The notes under the pieces: model-generated
Databases searched by the model: none
What the model saw: the letters and a program-made list of their open reading frames with translations, nothing else
Told to the model about the DNA's origin: nothing
Assembly: GCA_964016885.1 (NCBI GenBank)
Contig: OZ024755.1
Coordinates: forward strand, 9,610,001 to 9,674,000
Direction: 5' to 3'
DNA length: 64,000 nt
DNA from: Eledone cirrhosa
Lineage: Eukaryota
Shown here: in pieces, positions 1 through 12,387 of the stretch
Layout: the number at the start of each line of letters is the position of its first letter
Position numbering within the stretch: the stretch's first letter is position 1
Translations under genes and position numbers: made by a program

Positions 1-1455
1 TTAATTTCATATATATTTTTAAACACTATTTAAAGGGATGTTTTCTGTAAACATCGATTCCCATACATTAAAATCAAACACGTAAACTTTTATATCGTAA
101 GATGGACATTAACTAGTTTACTGTCTCCATCCCTCGACCTTCTTTTTTTATAACTTCCTTAATGACATTCTATTTTATTTATTCATTTTGCTAATTATAG
201 TTGTAGAAATGACATTACGTTCCTGTTGGAATTCTATGATATCCCGATTAATATTATTTATTATAAACATAATAATTCAAGGCAATTTTCAAATTAGGCG
301 TACCATTCAGAAAGCCAAACGGGCCACAGTTTGCCCATGACTAGTGTGTAAAGTGGACGTAGCATCGCCCAATTGTTAAGCAGTTAACTTCGTAAGGACT
401 CAAGTTCGATCCTACTGCTTGACATCTTAGGCAAGTGTCATTTACCATAACTTCAAGTAACCCATATCTTGTATGTGAAACTAGATAGACGGAAACTGTT
501 TGAAAGTCCATCAGATTGACTATACACGTAATTCAAAGGGCCAGCTTTGTCACACACTATGTCACACTGCCTCTCTCTAAGAATTACATTATGGGTTCAC
601 ATGTCTGTGGAATGCTCAGCCACTTACGCGTTAATTTCACTGACAGGCCATTTCGTTGATCTAATAACCGGAACACTCATCGTCAAAATTTGTTCTAAAT
701 TTGACAGGAAAATGGTAATTTGATATGTGCCTCCTACCTTTCTTCTGTGCACTTTTGACAAGATGTTGAAGTAGTCGAAGCTACAGCTATCTATACGTAT
801 CAATCGTCAGACAATAAATGCATCTGTCTGTCTATATGTCTATTTAGCTAACTATCTGTCTATCCCTCTGTCTTCATCTATCTATTTAACTATCTATCTT
901 TCTATTTCTCTTTCCATTTATCTACCTACCTCTCTATATGTCTGACTGTCAATCTATAGTTATCTATGTATATTTACCAATGTATCTATCTTGGACAAGA
1001 ACAACACTAACAACAACAATGCCAAAATCCCAATAGCAGTCAGGAGATAGATAGAACAAAGTCATTGTAATATAGTTGTTATATGTTTGATAATGATTAA
1101 AGAAAATGTGGAAGAAAATTAGTTTTACAATTAGTTTTGATAGTCAGTTGCTATAAAATAGCTTAAAAATCAAGGAAAAAAGGTTTCATAGATGGAAAAA
1201 AGGTTACCAATGACTACTACAAGGAATTGAACCTCATATCCTGCAGCTTCTAGCAATTAGTTTCCATCTATAAGGTGTCTTTACCTGATTTTCTAAGCTA
1301 TTTATAACAACTGACTGTATCTACAATTATTTTGTGTGTCTGAACATACTGTATTTTTTTATCTCTCAGTGCATCGAAAATCCAAACTTTGCATATGATG
1401 ATATTTCGTTTTTACTGTGGACTGTATTATTAGCATTGTTTTATATTGTTTACAG

Positions 1456-4392
1456 GACATGTTAAAGTGGTCCGTGCAATTTACAACTACACAGCACAAA
1501 GGGTAAGTATATTTAGTATATCATCATCATCATCGTTTAATGTCCATCTTCCACACTAGCATGGGTTAGACGGGTTTGTCCCACTTGAGACAAGATTGGT
1601 CAGGTGACCGTGTCTCGATCGTATAGAATTGTTTCTGGCTGGTTTTCTACAGCTGGAAGCTCTTCCTAACGCCAACCACATTTACAGTGTATATGTATAT
1701 ATTTTAATAAATAAATATATATATATATATAGTTTAGAGTTTATAATATATATATAGTTTAGAGTTTAGCGTAAAAGTTGGTGTTCATCGGGGCTCCGTT
1801 CTTAGCCCCCTACTATTTATTATTGCCCTTCAGGCTATAACAGTGGAGTTCAAGACCGGCTGCCCATGGGAACTCCTATACACAGATGATGTAACGCTCA
1901 TAGCTGAATCAATGGCTGAACTAGAGAAGAAATTCCAAACATGGAAGCATGGCCTAGAATCAAAAGGCCTTAAAATTAACCTGTCTAAGACTAAAGTTCT
2001 AGTTTGTAGGAAGGAAAATAGGGCTCTGGTTCCATCCGGGAAATGGCCATGCTCAGTGTGTAGGAAAGAAGTAGGTAGAAACTCCATTTTATGTCCCAAA
2101 TGCAAAGTATGGGTGCATAAAAGATGTAGTGGGATCACTGGTAAGCTAACTAAGAACATAGATTTTATATGTGGCCGGTGCTCTGGTGCAATAAGTAGCA
2201 GCAAGTGCCCACAGAATACTAGCTCATTCCATTGCACAGATGGTTCTATAGAAATAGTGGACACCTTCCGTTACTTGGGTGACAAAATAAGCAGTGGTGG
2301 GGAGGTGCTCTGAAAGTACAGTAGCTAGAGTCAGAACCGGATGGAAAAAGTTCAGAGAGCTTATACCACTATTAGCCGCTAAAGGGTTCTCTCTAAAAAT
2401 GAAAGGCAGGCTGTATGATGCCTGCATACGAACAATAATGTTACATGGCAGTGAGACCTGGGCATTGTGTGCAGAGGATATACGCAGACTGGAGAGGAAC
2501 GAAGCTTGCATGCTCCGCTGGATGTGTAATTGTAATATACGTGAACGGCAAAGCATAAACGAACTAAGGGAAAAATTAAAAATAAGAGGGATCAGATGTT
2601 GTTTACTCGAGAGAAGACTACGTTGGTATGGTCACGTGATGCGCATGAAAGACGCCAGCTGTATAAAAAAGTGCAGGGCAATAAAAATAAACGGTAGCCA
2701 CGGAGTAGGCAGACCCAGAAAAACCTGGGACGACTTGATAAATTCCGACCTCACACACTTACACCTCTCCAAGACAATGTCACTGGACCGTGATCTTTGA
2801 CGCTACACAGTAATACAGAAGACCCGCCTTACCTAAGTACAAAGTGAAACCTACTAGTCAGTAGGCACCTCTAACAAAAATACACCCCCGTCCCACTACC
2901 CCCACCCCATCCACACCACCCCTTTCAATGTAAAGTTATGTTGGTACCACAACATCCAGTCCGAAACAAATGAGGTCATGTAGGAGTCACGACAAAAAAA
3001 CACACAGTCCACACTGTAATGTGGCCGTGTAGGTAACATGGTAAAAACCTCCCAGTCCACACTGTAAACATAGTTGGTGTTAGGAAGGGCATCCAGCCGT
3101 AGAAAACCCGCCAGACAGTCCTATACGAGCAGGACAACAAATCTTGCCTCAAGTGGGAAAACTCTCGTCCAAACCCATGCAAGCGTGGAAGATGGACATT
3201 AAACGATGATGATGATGATATATATATATACTAAATGGAGAGAGAATAACCAAGTTATACTTAAAACATAATTTTAATTCTACACACATATATATCATCA
3301 TTACTTCTACTGCTACCACCACCACTACTATTATCACCACCACCACCAATACTACTATTACTAACACTGCTACCACCACCAATACCACTGCTGCTGTTGT
3401 TATATAACACTTTACTGGATATTTTTTCTTCATTGTATTATGATTTCAGGATAATGAATTAACATTTGAGGAAGGAGATGTTATTTATATAACTGACCAA
3501 AAAGATTCAAATTGGTGGAAAGGAAAATGTGGCTCAAAGGTTGGCTTAATACCAAGCAATTATGGTAAGATAAGATATTGTCTTGTAATTGTTGATGAAA
3601 TACATAAACATGATTCTGATTTGTTATAGTAAATTGTATAACACCATAGTCAGGATTCATTTATTTTATTTTTTGGCTTCCAAATTGAGAGACCACAGCT
3701 CTGATACTATGGGCATGTGGTTAGAATGTCTCAGAAAAGAATCACTGGACAGGACAGATTTTACAGGCAAAACCAACCGGCAAGAGACCCTTGGGTAAAC
3801 CCCAAGCAAGATGGTTGTATAACATCCTTGAGCTTGGCTAGTCACACTTTGGGATCCAGCTGGATCAGTTGGAGATGGTTGCTTATTTTAGGACTCGCTG
3901 GACGGAGTGTTTGAGGACTCTACCTCCACATCCCTCTCAAGAATAAGTGGGCGAAGAAGAAGGCTTCTGTTCTTCTTGTGACTAGACTAACTGGTCAGAG
4001 AACCACATCTTGCTCATATATTCTATATTTGGCATGGTTTATAAGACTGGGTGTTCTTCCTAATGCCAACCACTTTACAGAGTATACACAGAGCATCTTA
4101 CTTATTATGCAGCACTATCACTTTATATAATATACAGAATGCATTTTATTCTGGCACCAGCACTGTCACTTTACAAAGTGTACTGGGTGTATTCATCATA
4201 GCACTTACACTACTACTTTAGAGGGTTACTAGGTGCATTTTATCATGTAATAGCACTAACACAGCAAGACTTAAAATAAAGGTGTATATGGACACATATA
4301 CACCTTTATATTTAAAAATAAATACCATGAAGATGGTGGAATGAGGTATACTGTGTTCAGTGAACCATACTAGTATTGTATATACAGTACCA

Positions 4393-4449
<57 letters not shown>

Positions 4450-7135
4450 TGTATATACAGTGCAGGTGAACATGTATATTTCTTATTACTCTTTTCTCAC
4501 TGGGCTTTGCAATTTCAATGAAGGTACACGGTCTAATACTTAAGTGTTGGACTCACAGTCGGTAATTCATAAGTCCAATTTCTGGACTGGGTGGTCCTTT
4601 GTGTCCTTCAGGAAGACATTTCACATTGCTCTGGTTCTCTTAGCTGAAACAAAAATGATTACTCAACAGTTGAGGGCTAATCCAAGCATTGAACTGACAT
4701 TTGGTCCAGAAGGGAGTTTTTTCATGAAAGGACCAGGGCTCTTATCATCAAAACCCCTGAAAAATTTCTTATGAGATAGACCTTACTGGAGGTTTGCTAA
4801 ACCTATATAGATGTGAGCTGCAACAACAATAACAACAACAATTTCAGTGGTATTTAAAGTGTGAGTCCTATGTTACATAGCTTTCTAATACTTATTGTAG
4901 TTTTAAATCTCTTCTCTACCTAAATTGTGTTAAAAAGGTGTATAACCTGATACATGCTTGACTTCTTCACATCTTTTAAAATTTAAATTAATATATTTTC
5001 TTTAATATTTCCAGTTGAAGAAAATACCCAAGCTCTTGATTTTCCTTTACATGAAGCAGCTCGACGAGGCAACTTAAACTTTCTCATAGAATGTATAAAG
5101 AACGGTGTAAGTTGATTATTATATATTCTTTACACTTTTCAAATTGTATCCTCATCATCAACTTCTGGAAATCCTTATAATTTCAGTGCATTAAAGTTGA
5201 TATATGTATGTGTTCTTAAAACTGTTTCATTGATTCTATATATTTATATATCTCAACAATATAGGTTTCTGTCAACTCCTTGGACAAAGCTGGCTGTACC
5301 CCACTACACTGGGCTGCTCATGGCGGACACACTGAATGTATGGAATCTCTCCTTAATGTCAGCAATATTGAAATTAATGTCCAGGTTTGTTCATTATTTA
5401 GCATCTCTCATAATGTTGGTTAGTGGAAGCACACGGCCTAATGGTAAGAGTATTAGACTTACGATCATAATGTCATAGGTTTAATTCATGGATTGTGTGT
5501 TGTGTTCTTCCTTTTTCCTTATTTTCTGTATCCTGTCATGTTGCTGATTAAATTAATCTGAACAACCTGTACCACATGAAACTGCATTAGCAAGACATTC
5601 TTGATAAGTATAAAACAACACTATAACTGTATCACATTAAATATTAAAATCTTTGCTCTAATATTGCAAATTTTCACAATGATCTGTCCACCATTAAAGA
5701 TACTATAGACATTTGAATTAACAAACCAATTTTAGATAATTTTCTGTTAAATCCTTCATTACAGGAGGTTAAGGAGTTAATAAACAAATCTTTTTTATCA
5801 TCACCAGAATAAACTAGGAGATACACCGCTTCACTCAGCTGCATGGAAAAAACACATTACAGCTGTGGAAATGTTGTTGGACAAAGGTTGGTTGGTTTTA
5901 TTTTAAGAAAATATTTCCAGATCATTTTTAAAGAAACATGTGTATCATTTGTTTTAATTTTATGTTGATGTTGAAAATATTTCCAGAACTGATCATATCA
6001 TCATCATCATTTAACGTCTGTTTTCACTGCCAGCAAATATTGGATGGATCTTCACAGTCCAAGTCTTAGTGCTATTGACCTCTTAGATGAGCCAGGGGCT
6101 GCATCTCATTTATATACACTCCTGTACTCTACAGAGTGTACTGGGTGCATTTTATAATGTCACTAATGCAAGGGATGTTGTCATGTCTTAGACATGACTA
6201 AATTGTCTTCTCAACCATTTGTTTGGCAAGTTTTCTGTGGTTGGATGGCATTCCTATCTCCAACTACTTTACAGAGTGTACTGGGTGTATTTTATTGTGA
6301 TACCTTTTGTTATCAACCACTTCATTAATATATTTCTAATGAAAGACGTTGCATATGATATTTTAAATGTTACACAATATTACAAATGGTAAAATAAAAG
6401 GAATGCTTATTGTTCCCTACTTTGAACTAATTATGCAAGTAATAAGAATAACATTGTATTTCTTGAATAACATAATTAACTTGTTTTTAAAAATGCAATA
6501 TTTTTCATTAATTTTAATACCTTTACCCATGATAAAATACAAAACTTATTTGTTTTGTTTTTTTCTTTTTGTCATTAGGTTTCTGTATAAATTTGAGAAA
6601 TAATGAAAATCAACTTGCTTTTGATTTGACAAATGAACCCAAGATTGCTGCACTTTTACAGTGTTCTGGTAAGATCTGTAGTTTAACCATTTCAAATTAA
6701 CCCTTCACCTTTTTTCAATCCCAGGAAAGATCCCTAGAAGTGATTGACAGTTTCTGCTATCTAGGTGATCCAATTAGCAGTGGAGGAGGGTGCTCTGAGA
6801 GCAGAGTAGCTAGAATAAGGATATGATGGAAGAAATTTAGGGAGCCACACACTCAAACACAACCTCAAAAAAGTTCTCATAAAATTATCAATTTTCCTCA
6901 ACTATTATAATAGTCATTTGTGTTGGGGCACACACATTTAAAATTTCAAACTATCCTGATGTTTCTAAAATCAACTGCATTGTTTACAAGTTTGTTAAAA
7001 TTTAATTATTAAATGTTTACTATTGTTAAATAGTATTTAGAAAAAATTATTGAATGAATATTTTGTGTCTTTTCAGATATTGTGGACAATTGCGAAGAAT
7101 ATTTAGATGATACAGATGGATCTGATTCGGATTAA
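1456..7135 (+). CDS. OSTF1: Osteoclast-stimulating factor 1 (SH3 + ankyrin repeats), 5'-partial; exons 1456-1502, 3450-3564, 5015-5106, 5265-5384, 5808-5886, 6579-6668, 7077-7135
   Basis: GT-AG exons join in frame: [74 protein letters not shown]...[17 protein letters not shown]...[14 protein letters not shown]...[11 protein letters not shown]...[13 protein letters not shown]. This is collinear with vertebrate OSTF1. The first exon was not found in the window. Confidence 0.95.
1521..1690 (-). repeat. Inverted copy of the RTE/SINE 3' tail
   Basis: catcatcatcgtttaatgtccatcttccac...ttcctaacgccaacca is the reverse complement of 3060-3217. Confidence 0.8.
1760..3217 (+). mobile_element. 5'-truncated RTE-clade LINE relic (RT core, C-terminal region, 3' UTR with (GAT)n tail) in an OSTF1 intron
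   Basis: ORFs 1843-2313 ([21 protein letters not shown]) and 2294-2800 ([21 protein letters not shown]) are separated by a frameshift. The element ends in ...ggacattaaacgatgatgatga. Confidence 0.9.
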
Positions 7136-7479
7136 TTCCCACTAATATCCACCTGTAAAAAGTGCTTTATACAGTATGACGGATGGAATCTTAAACGTTC
7201 TTTTATTTGATAAAGTTATACCTGTATAAATACAGAGTGTAACCGAAACTGCAATAATGTGTATATAAATATACACTTTTTTTTTATATGTAGACATATA
7301 AGCATGCCAGAATATATTCTTTTATTTGTATACACATGTGATTCTTACTAGTAAAATGATATAAAATATAATAAATAGCCAATACTGAAGATTGAATAGC
7401 CAAGGAAACAATGAGTGACATCCACTGATTTACATTATATACATTGGACAGACAGGTGTCTTTATCTTGTTTTGTTGTT

Positions 7480-7526
7480 AACACAACGTTTCGGTTGATG
7501 TACCCTCCAGCCTTCAACAGGTGTCC
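7480..7526 (-). ncRNA. Minimal type I hammerhead ribozyme motif in the Penelope pLTR (core mutated to CTGTTGA)
   Basis: Minus strand reads gacac-CTGTTGA-aggctggagggtacatcaacc-GAAAC-GTT-gtgtt, giving stem I gacac/gtgtt and a palindromic AACGTT stem III. Confidence 0.7.
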
Positions 7527-9166
7527 TAGTGATGTTATTATTAACGTTTGTTCAGGTCACTGCCTAGAATTGAATTCGGAATCTTGAGGTTAGTAGCCCG
7601 CTTTTTAACCACTTTTTTTTTTTTCCGTGAATTTTTAAGGCTTATAAACTGATATTTTTCTATCCTTCCTCAATACCGGTTCCCATATACTACTCATATC
7701 TGCACTAGGTATGCTTAGGAGGTTATTGTGTCCTAGCATATGTGCTGCCTCTTTTAGTTTTCGTGTTTTCCAGTGGTGTTCTCTGTCTATTATTTTAACT
7801 TCATCCCACAGGGGAAGGTGGTCTCTGTTTTTCCATACATGATCAGTTATACCCGATTTATTGATCTCTCCTTGTGTTACAGCTTTACGATGTTCTTCTA
7901 CCCTTATTTTGAGGCCTGTTTCGCCTTTGTATAACCTACCACAACTGCCTGGGATGGAGTACCCGCAGTCTTTGGCCATATTCTCTTCTATTGGTGGTTC
8001 TACTCGAAGGAGATATTTGCGAAGTGTTGTATTACTCTTGAATACTGTCCTGATGTCATATGGACCGCATATCTTTTGTATCTTTTCCGAGGGTAGACAG
8101 ACTGTGGTCAATTTTGAGGTTTCATCCTCTCTCCCCTTCCTAATTGGAGTGGATAGTATGTTTTTTGGATAGTTATTGCTTAACAAATTGTTACTTACCT
8201 TGATCATTTCTTCATGGTGTGTATCAGAATCACTACTTATATTCTTTGCTCAATGTTTTAGGCACTGAACCAGCCCTCTCTTTACACTGTATGGATGGTG
8301 GGAATTGTAGATGAGGTATCGTCCAGTGAAGGTTGGCTTGCGGTATACGGATGTCCTGAACCCATACTCAGTGTGTGTTATTAATACATCCAGGAATGTT
8401 AGCTGATTGTCTTTTTCTTTTTCCATTGTGAACTGTATGGATGACTTTATTGAATTCACATGACCTAGCAGTACTTGGACTTCTTCCTGGTGCAGCCAGA
8501 GTATGAAGGCGTTAACATATCTAAGCCATAGGGTTGGCTTTAGTGGTGTTGATCCTAAAGCTAAATTCTCAAAGTATTCCATGTATATATTGACTATTAT
8601 TGGTGAGAATGGCGAACCCATATATCCTGTCGATATATATCAGTGTCCATTCTGAAGTAGGTAGTTTCTACACAGAAGGTCAACATTTCCATCAAGTTTC
8701 CCATTTGGACTTTGGTGAACAGACTTACCACATCTAGACTCACCATCTGGTTGGATCCAATGGGGGTATCCTTGATCAATTCTGTGAAGTGGGTGGAATT
8801 CTTCATATACGATGTTGACTTACCTGCTAATGGACTGATTATATCCACAAGGAAGCGGCTTAGTGGATGACATGCCGAACCTCTGCCGCTCACTATGGGT
8901 CTTAATGGAATACCATCTTTGTGAATCTTAGGGAGACTGTACATGTGTGGTAGCTTACTGTAGTGTTGGGTTAGTTGTCTGTACTCAATTGGTATGAAGT
9001 GATCCTTGTTCTTGATTAAGATCTGTGACAACTTCCTCTCTCTTTTCAGAAAAAAAATAAATTCACAACAAAAAAAAAAGTGGTTAAAAAGTGGGCTACT
9101 AACCTCAAGATTCCGAATTCAATTCTAGGCAGTGACCTGAACAAACGTTAATAATAACATCACTAG

Positions 9167-9210
9167 GACACCTGATGACGGCTGGAGAGTACATCAGCTG
9201 AAATATGTTA
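9167..9210 (+). ncRNA. Second hammerhead copy in the inverted pLTR (intact CTGATGA core, degenerate stem III)
   Basis: gacac-CTGATGA-cggctg gagagtacat cagct-GAAA-tatgtt. Confidence 0.65.
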
Positions 9211-10239
9211 ACAACAAAACAAGATGAGGACACCTATCCGTCCAATGTATATAATGTAAATAATTCCTTGTCTCAAAAATATAGAACAGTATTATCCACT
9301 GATTTGAACTCAGAACTTCTTCCATGGCTTCCTTCTATTTTCAACTCCTAGTACCACCACACACAGCGATCATCACCCTTTTCTGTGTATGGATGAGGAG
9401 ATGGAAGGAAATTGTGAAAGAAGTCCAAGAAAGATGTGGGTAGACATGATGAAAGCTGACCTCAAGGAATTACACCCCACGAAGGAATTGAGAAGACAAA
9501 AGAAAGAAACAAGGGGATAGATGTTGTACTAGAGAGGACTCGTTTAACCCATGCCAGCATGGTAAAACGGATGTAAAAATGATGAATGCATACAGATGCA
9601 TGCATTCCTAGAAATATGAAAAAAAGCAAGGCCATAAAAACTGAACTATTTTATAACTATTAACTCCAGCCATCCTGATTTTCCTCTTTATATATTATAT
9701 AAATGACCTATTTTTACACATATACATATATATATATTCCCCAAAGCTTTGCTTCAACTCAGTCTTAGTGCAACGTTTCAACTTCTTTAAACGCTCTACT
9801 ACATTAAACATTCCAACCTGCAAGATTAAAGGAGTATTTATATTCTATCCTCGTTGTTTTACTGTTTTTGTTTTTCTTTGTAAAGGGTCAAGAACACTCT
9901 TCAGTCATATCAAAGACACAAGGAACTCACTAGTGTTGGTGCTATGCTAAAATGCACCCAGTACACTTTGTAAAGTATTTGGTGATAGGAAAGGCATCGT
10001 GCAATAGAAATCTTGCTAAATAAAGTGTTGAGAGGACTTTTCAGTTGTGTTAAAGACATAATGACCTCTCTATTGTTGGTGCCATGATAAAATGTACCTG
10101 ATGTATTCTGTAGTGTGGAAATATTTGTAACCAAATTGTAGCCCCCAGCCCGAGTGATCAGTGGCTCCTAATAAATACTGACTTGGCTTGTGCACACCCA
10201 TCCAAACCTTGCTAGCTGCGAAAATGGAAATTAAATGAT

Positions 10240-10605
10240 GATGTGTTCTGGTGCTATGATAAATTGCACACGGTATACTCTTTAAAGTGATTGTACTGGT
10301 GCCACAAAAATGCTCGAGTACACTATATAATGGTAGTGCTAGTGTCACAATAATGTGCTCAGTACACTCTGTAAAGGGGTGGTGCAGGTGCCACAATAAA
10401 GTGTACCTATTACACTGTAAAGTGGTAGTACTACTGCCACAATAAAATGCATACAGTGCACTCTGCAAAGTGGTAGTACTAGTATCAGAATAAAATGCAC
10501 ACACTGCACTCTGCAAAGTGGTACTGTTGGTGCTACAATTAAATGCAGCTTGTACACCCACTCTATAAAGTGGTAGTGTTGATGCTGTGAATAAAATGCA
10601 CCCAG
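10240..10605. repeat. ~48-bp minisatellite array (dispersed family)
   Basis: The unit aaaatgcacccagtacactctgtaaagtggtagtgctggtgccacaat is repeated. The same family occurs near 4060-4260, 29430-29690, 34030-34410, 61620-61800 and 63590-63770. Confidence 0.85.
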
Positions 10606-11089
10606 GATAACCAGATTGGACCTAATAAACAATGTTTCTATTAGTTTTTTTCCCCATATCTGCCCTAACACAACTCAGCTAAATTTACTGCAAAGATTAA
10701 TTACATGGCAAAGAACAACAGATTAATGATACGTAAAGTCTATAAAATCCAGAAGACAATTGTAAAACAAATGATATAAAGAAAGAATGGTCTCTAGATA
10801 ACAAACCCGAATCTTAAGATTATGGTATGGATTTAGACGAGGTGGTCATGGTTAGAATGCTTCTGATCATAGATTTACTTAATCAAGTCATTAAATGACA
10901 TTTGAGACAATCCTATTGACTTCTCTTTCTTTATATATTTCTTAATAATACATATTTTTCATTGAAATTTTGCATAGATACGTTTTTGAAGGCATAGACT
11001 ATTATAATATTGCCGAAATTAAATAAACAAAAATGTTTCCGGAATTCATTATTGTAGAAATTACATTATGCTCTTGTAAAAATAATATG

Positions 11090-11515
11090 GCATTATGAAT
11101 CCTGGGTAATGAGTGAAAAAATACGATCGCGAATACAGGCGGTCGAAACGGGATTCCTTTGAAGGGTCTTTGGAGTAACGTTACTCGATAAAGTGCGTAG
11201 ATCAGAGTCACTCCAGGTAGAGCCGCTACTGCTCCGAATTGAGAGATCACAGCTCCGATACTATGGACATGTGGTTAGAATATTTATGGAAAGAATCGCG
11301 AGACAGATTTTACGGGCGAAACCTACCGGCAGGAGACCCATGGATAGATCCCGAGCAAGATGGTTGAATAACATCCAAGTGCTTGGTTGGTCTTGCTTGG
11401 GATCCAGCCGGATCAGTTGGAGACGGTTGCTTCTGACAGGACTTGCTTGAAGAAGTGTTTGAGGACTATGTCCCCACGAACCTTTCAGGAATAAGTGGGT
11501 AAAAGAAAAAAAGAA
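11090..11515 (+). mobile_element. 3' fragment of a second RTE-like LINE family
   Basis: Encodes IERSQLRYYGHVVR..PTGRRP..ARW and ends in gaataagtgggtaaaagaa. Related fragments lie at ~3690-3960 and ~24270-24540. Confidence 0.75.
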
Positions 11516-12280
11516 GACTTTGTTGACAACATACGTTTAACCATCTACAAACAAATCAGAACATCAACAAACGGAGTCATACACAATGATTGAAGGGAAG
11601 GGATAAGTCGATTAAATCGACCCCAGTGCGTTACTGTTTCTTTATTTTTTCGACCCCGTAAGGACGAAAGGTAAATCTAACCTCGACTGAATTTGAACTC
11701 AGAACATAAAGGGATGTAACTCTGTCACAAAAGAACTATTAGTGAAAGTATTTAACAAATTTAATTAGTTTCTGGTGTTTTTTTTATGTATATAAAATTT
11801 ATATATACATTATCATAATCTACACTATGAAAAACCTATCTGTAAAATTTAATTTAAGAATATATATTCAACGAAATATTTCAATCAATTTATGAAACAT
11901 TTTGAGAGATTCACTAAAATAATTATTCCCTTACAAAGATAGTAGTTTAACATACGATTCTTATATAAAATATTGTGGGCAGATTTTAATTTAAATAGAA
12001 ACTTTTTAAAATGTATGATATTTATTCATAGAATTAGAGCAAGGTTGGTGTCAAAGGGTTATAAGAAAACAAATTCGGGACGTTATATTTTTACTGCTTT
12101 ATAGATATTCTTTGGCGTGTAAGAGGGGGAGTGTGAATGTCTTTTTTAAAGTCATTTTATTGTTATTGTCCATTTACTTATATATATATAACAATAAAAT
12201 TAGTCTCTCTATTTATAATATACAATTTATTTAATATTATTTATTTATATTTTCCAGAATATTCACAAATTAGACGACAA

Positions 12281-12387
12281 CCGGAAATGACTGAAGACAA
12301 ATTCTCATTTCCGGATTACTGAATCTCGAAGAAGTGAACTTTCAACGAGATCACATGTGATTTCCCTCTTTTACTGTTACCTCCATC
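12281..12387 (+). promoter_or_regulatory. RPS8 core promoter / 5'-TOP (TCT-type) start with ETS-like and E-box motifs
   Basis: The pyrimidine tract tttccctctttt (12361-12372) lies just before the ATG. CCGGAA is at 12281 and the palindrome TCACATGTGA at 12351-12360. Confidence 0.65.

Larger units (their letters stand above)
7429..9293 (-). mobile_element. Penelope-like retroelement (RT + GIY-YIG endonuclease, frameshifted, 5'-truncated) with inverted ~200-bp terminal repeats
   Basis: ORFs 8597-9031 (LPKIHKDGIPLRPIVS, SLDVVSLFTKV), 8250-8621 (MGSPFSP, WLRYVN, FLDV, VYRKPT) and 7635-8207 (YSIPGSCGRLYKGETG..RVEEH). Segment 7429-7636 is the reverse complement of 9052-9261. The direct repeat atccactgattt lies at 7420-7431 and 9294-9305. 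Confidence 0.92.

Noticed and set aside
1830-2556. Minus-strand ORFs over the LINE
   Set aside because: Antisense shadows of the RT frame.
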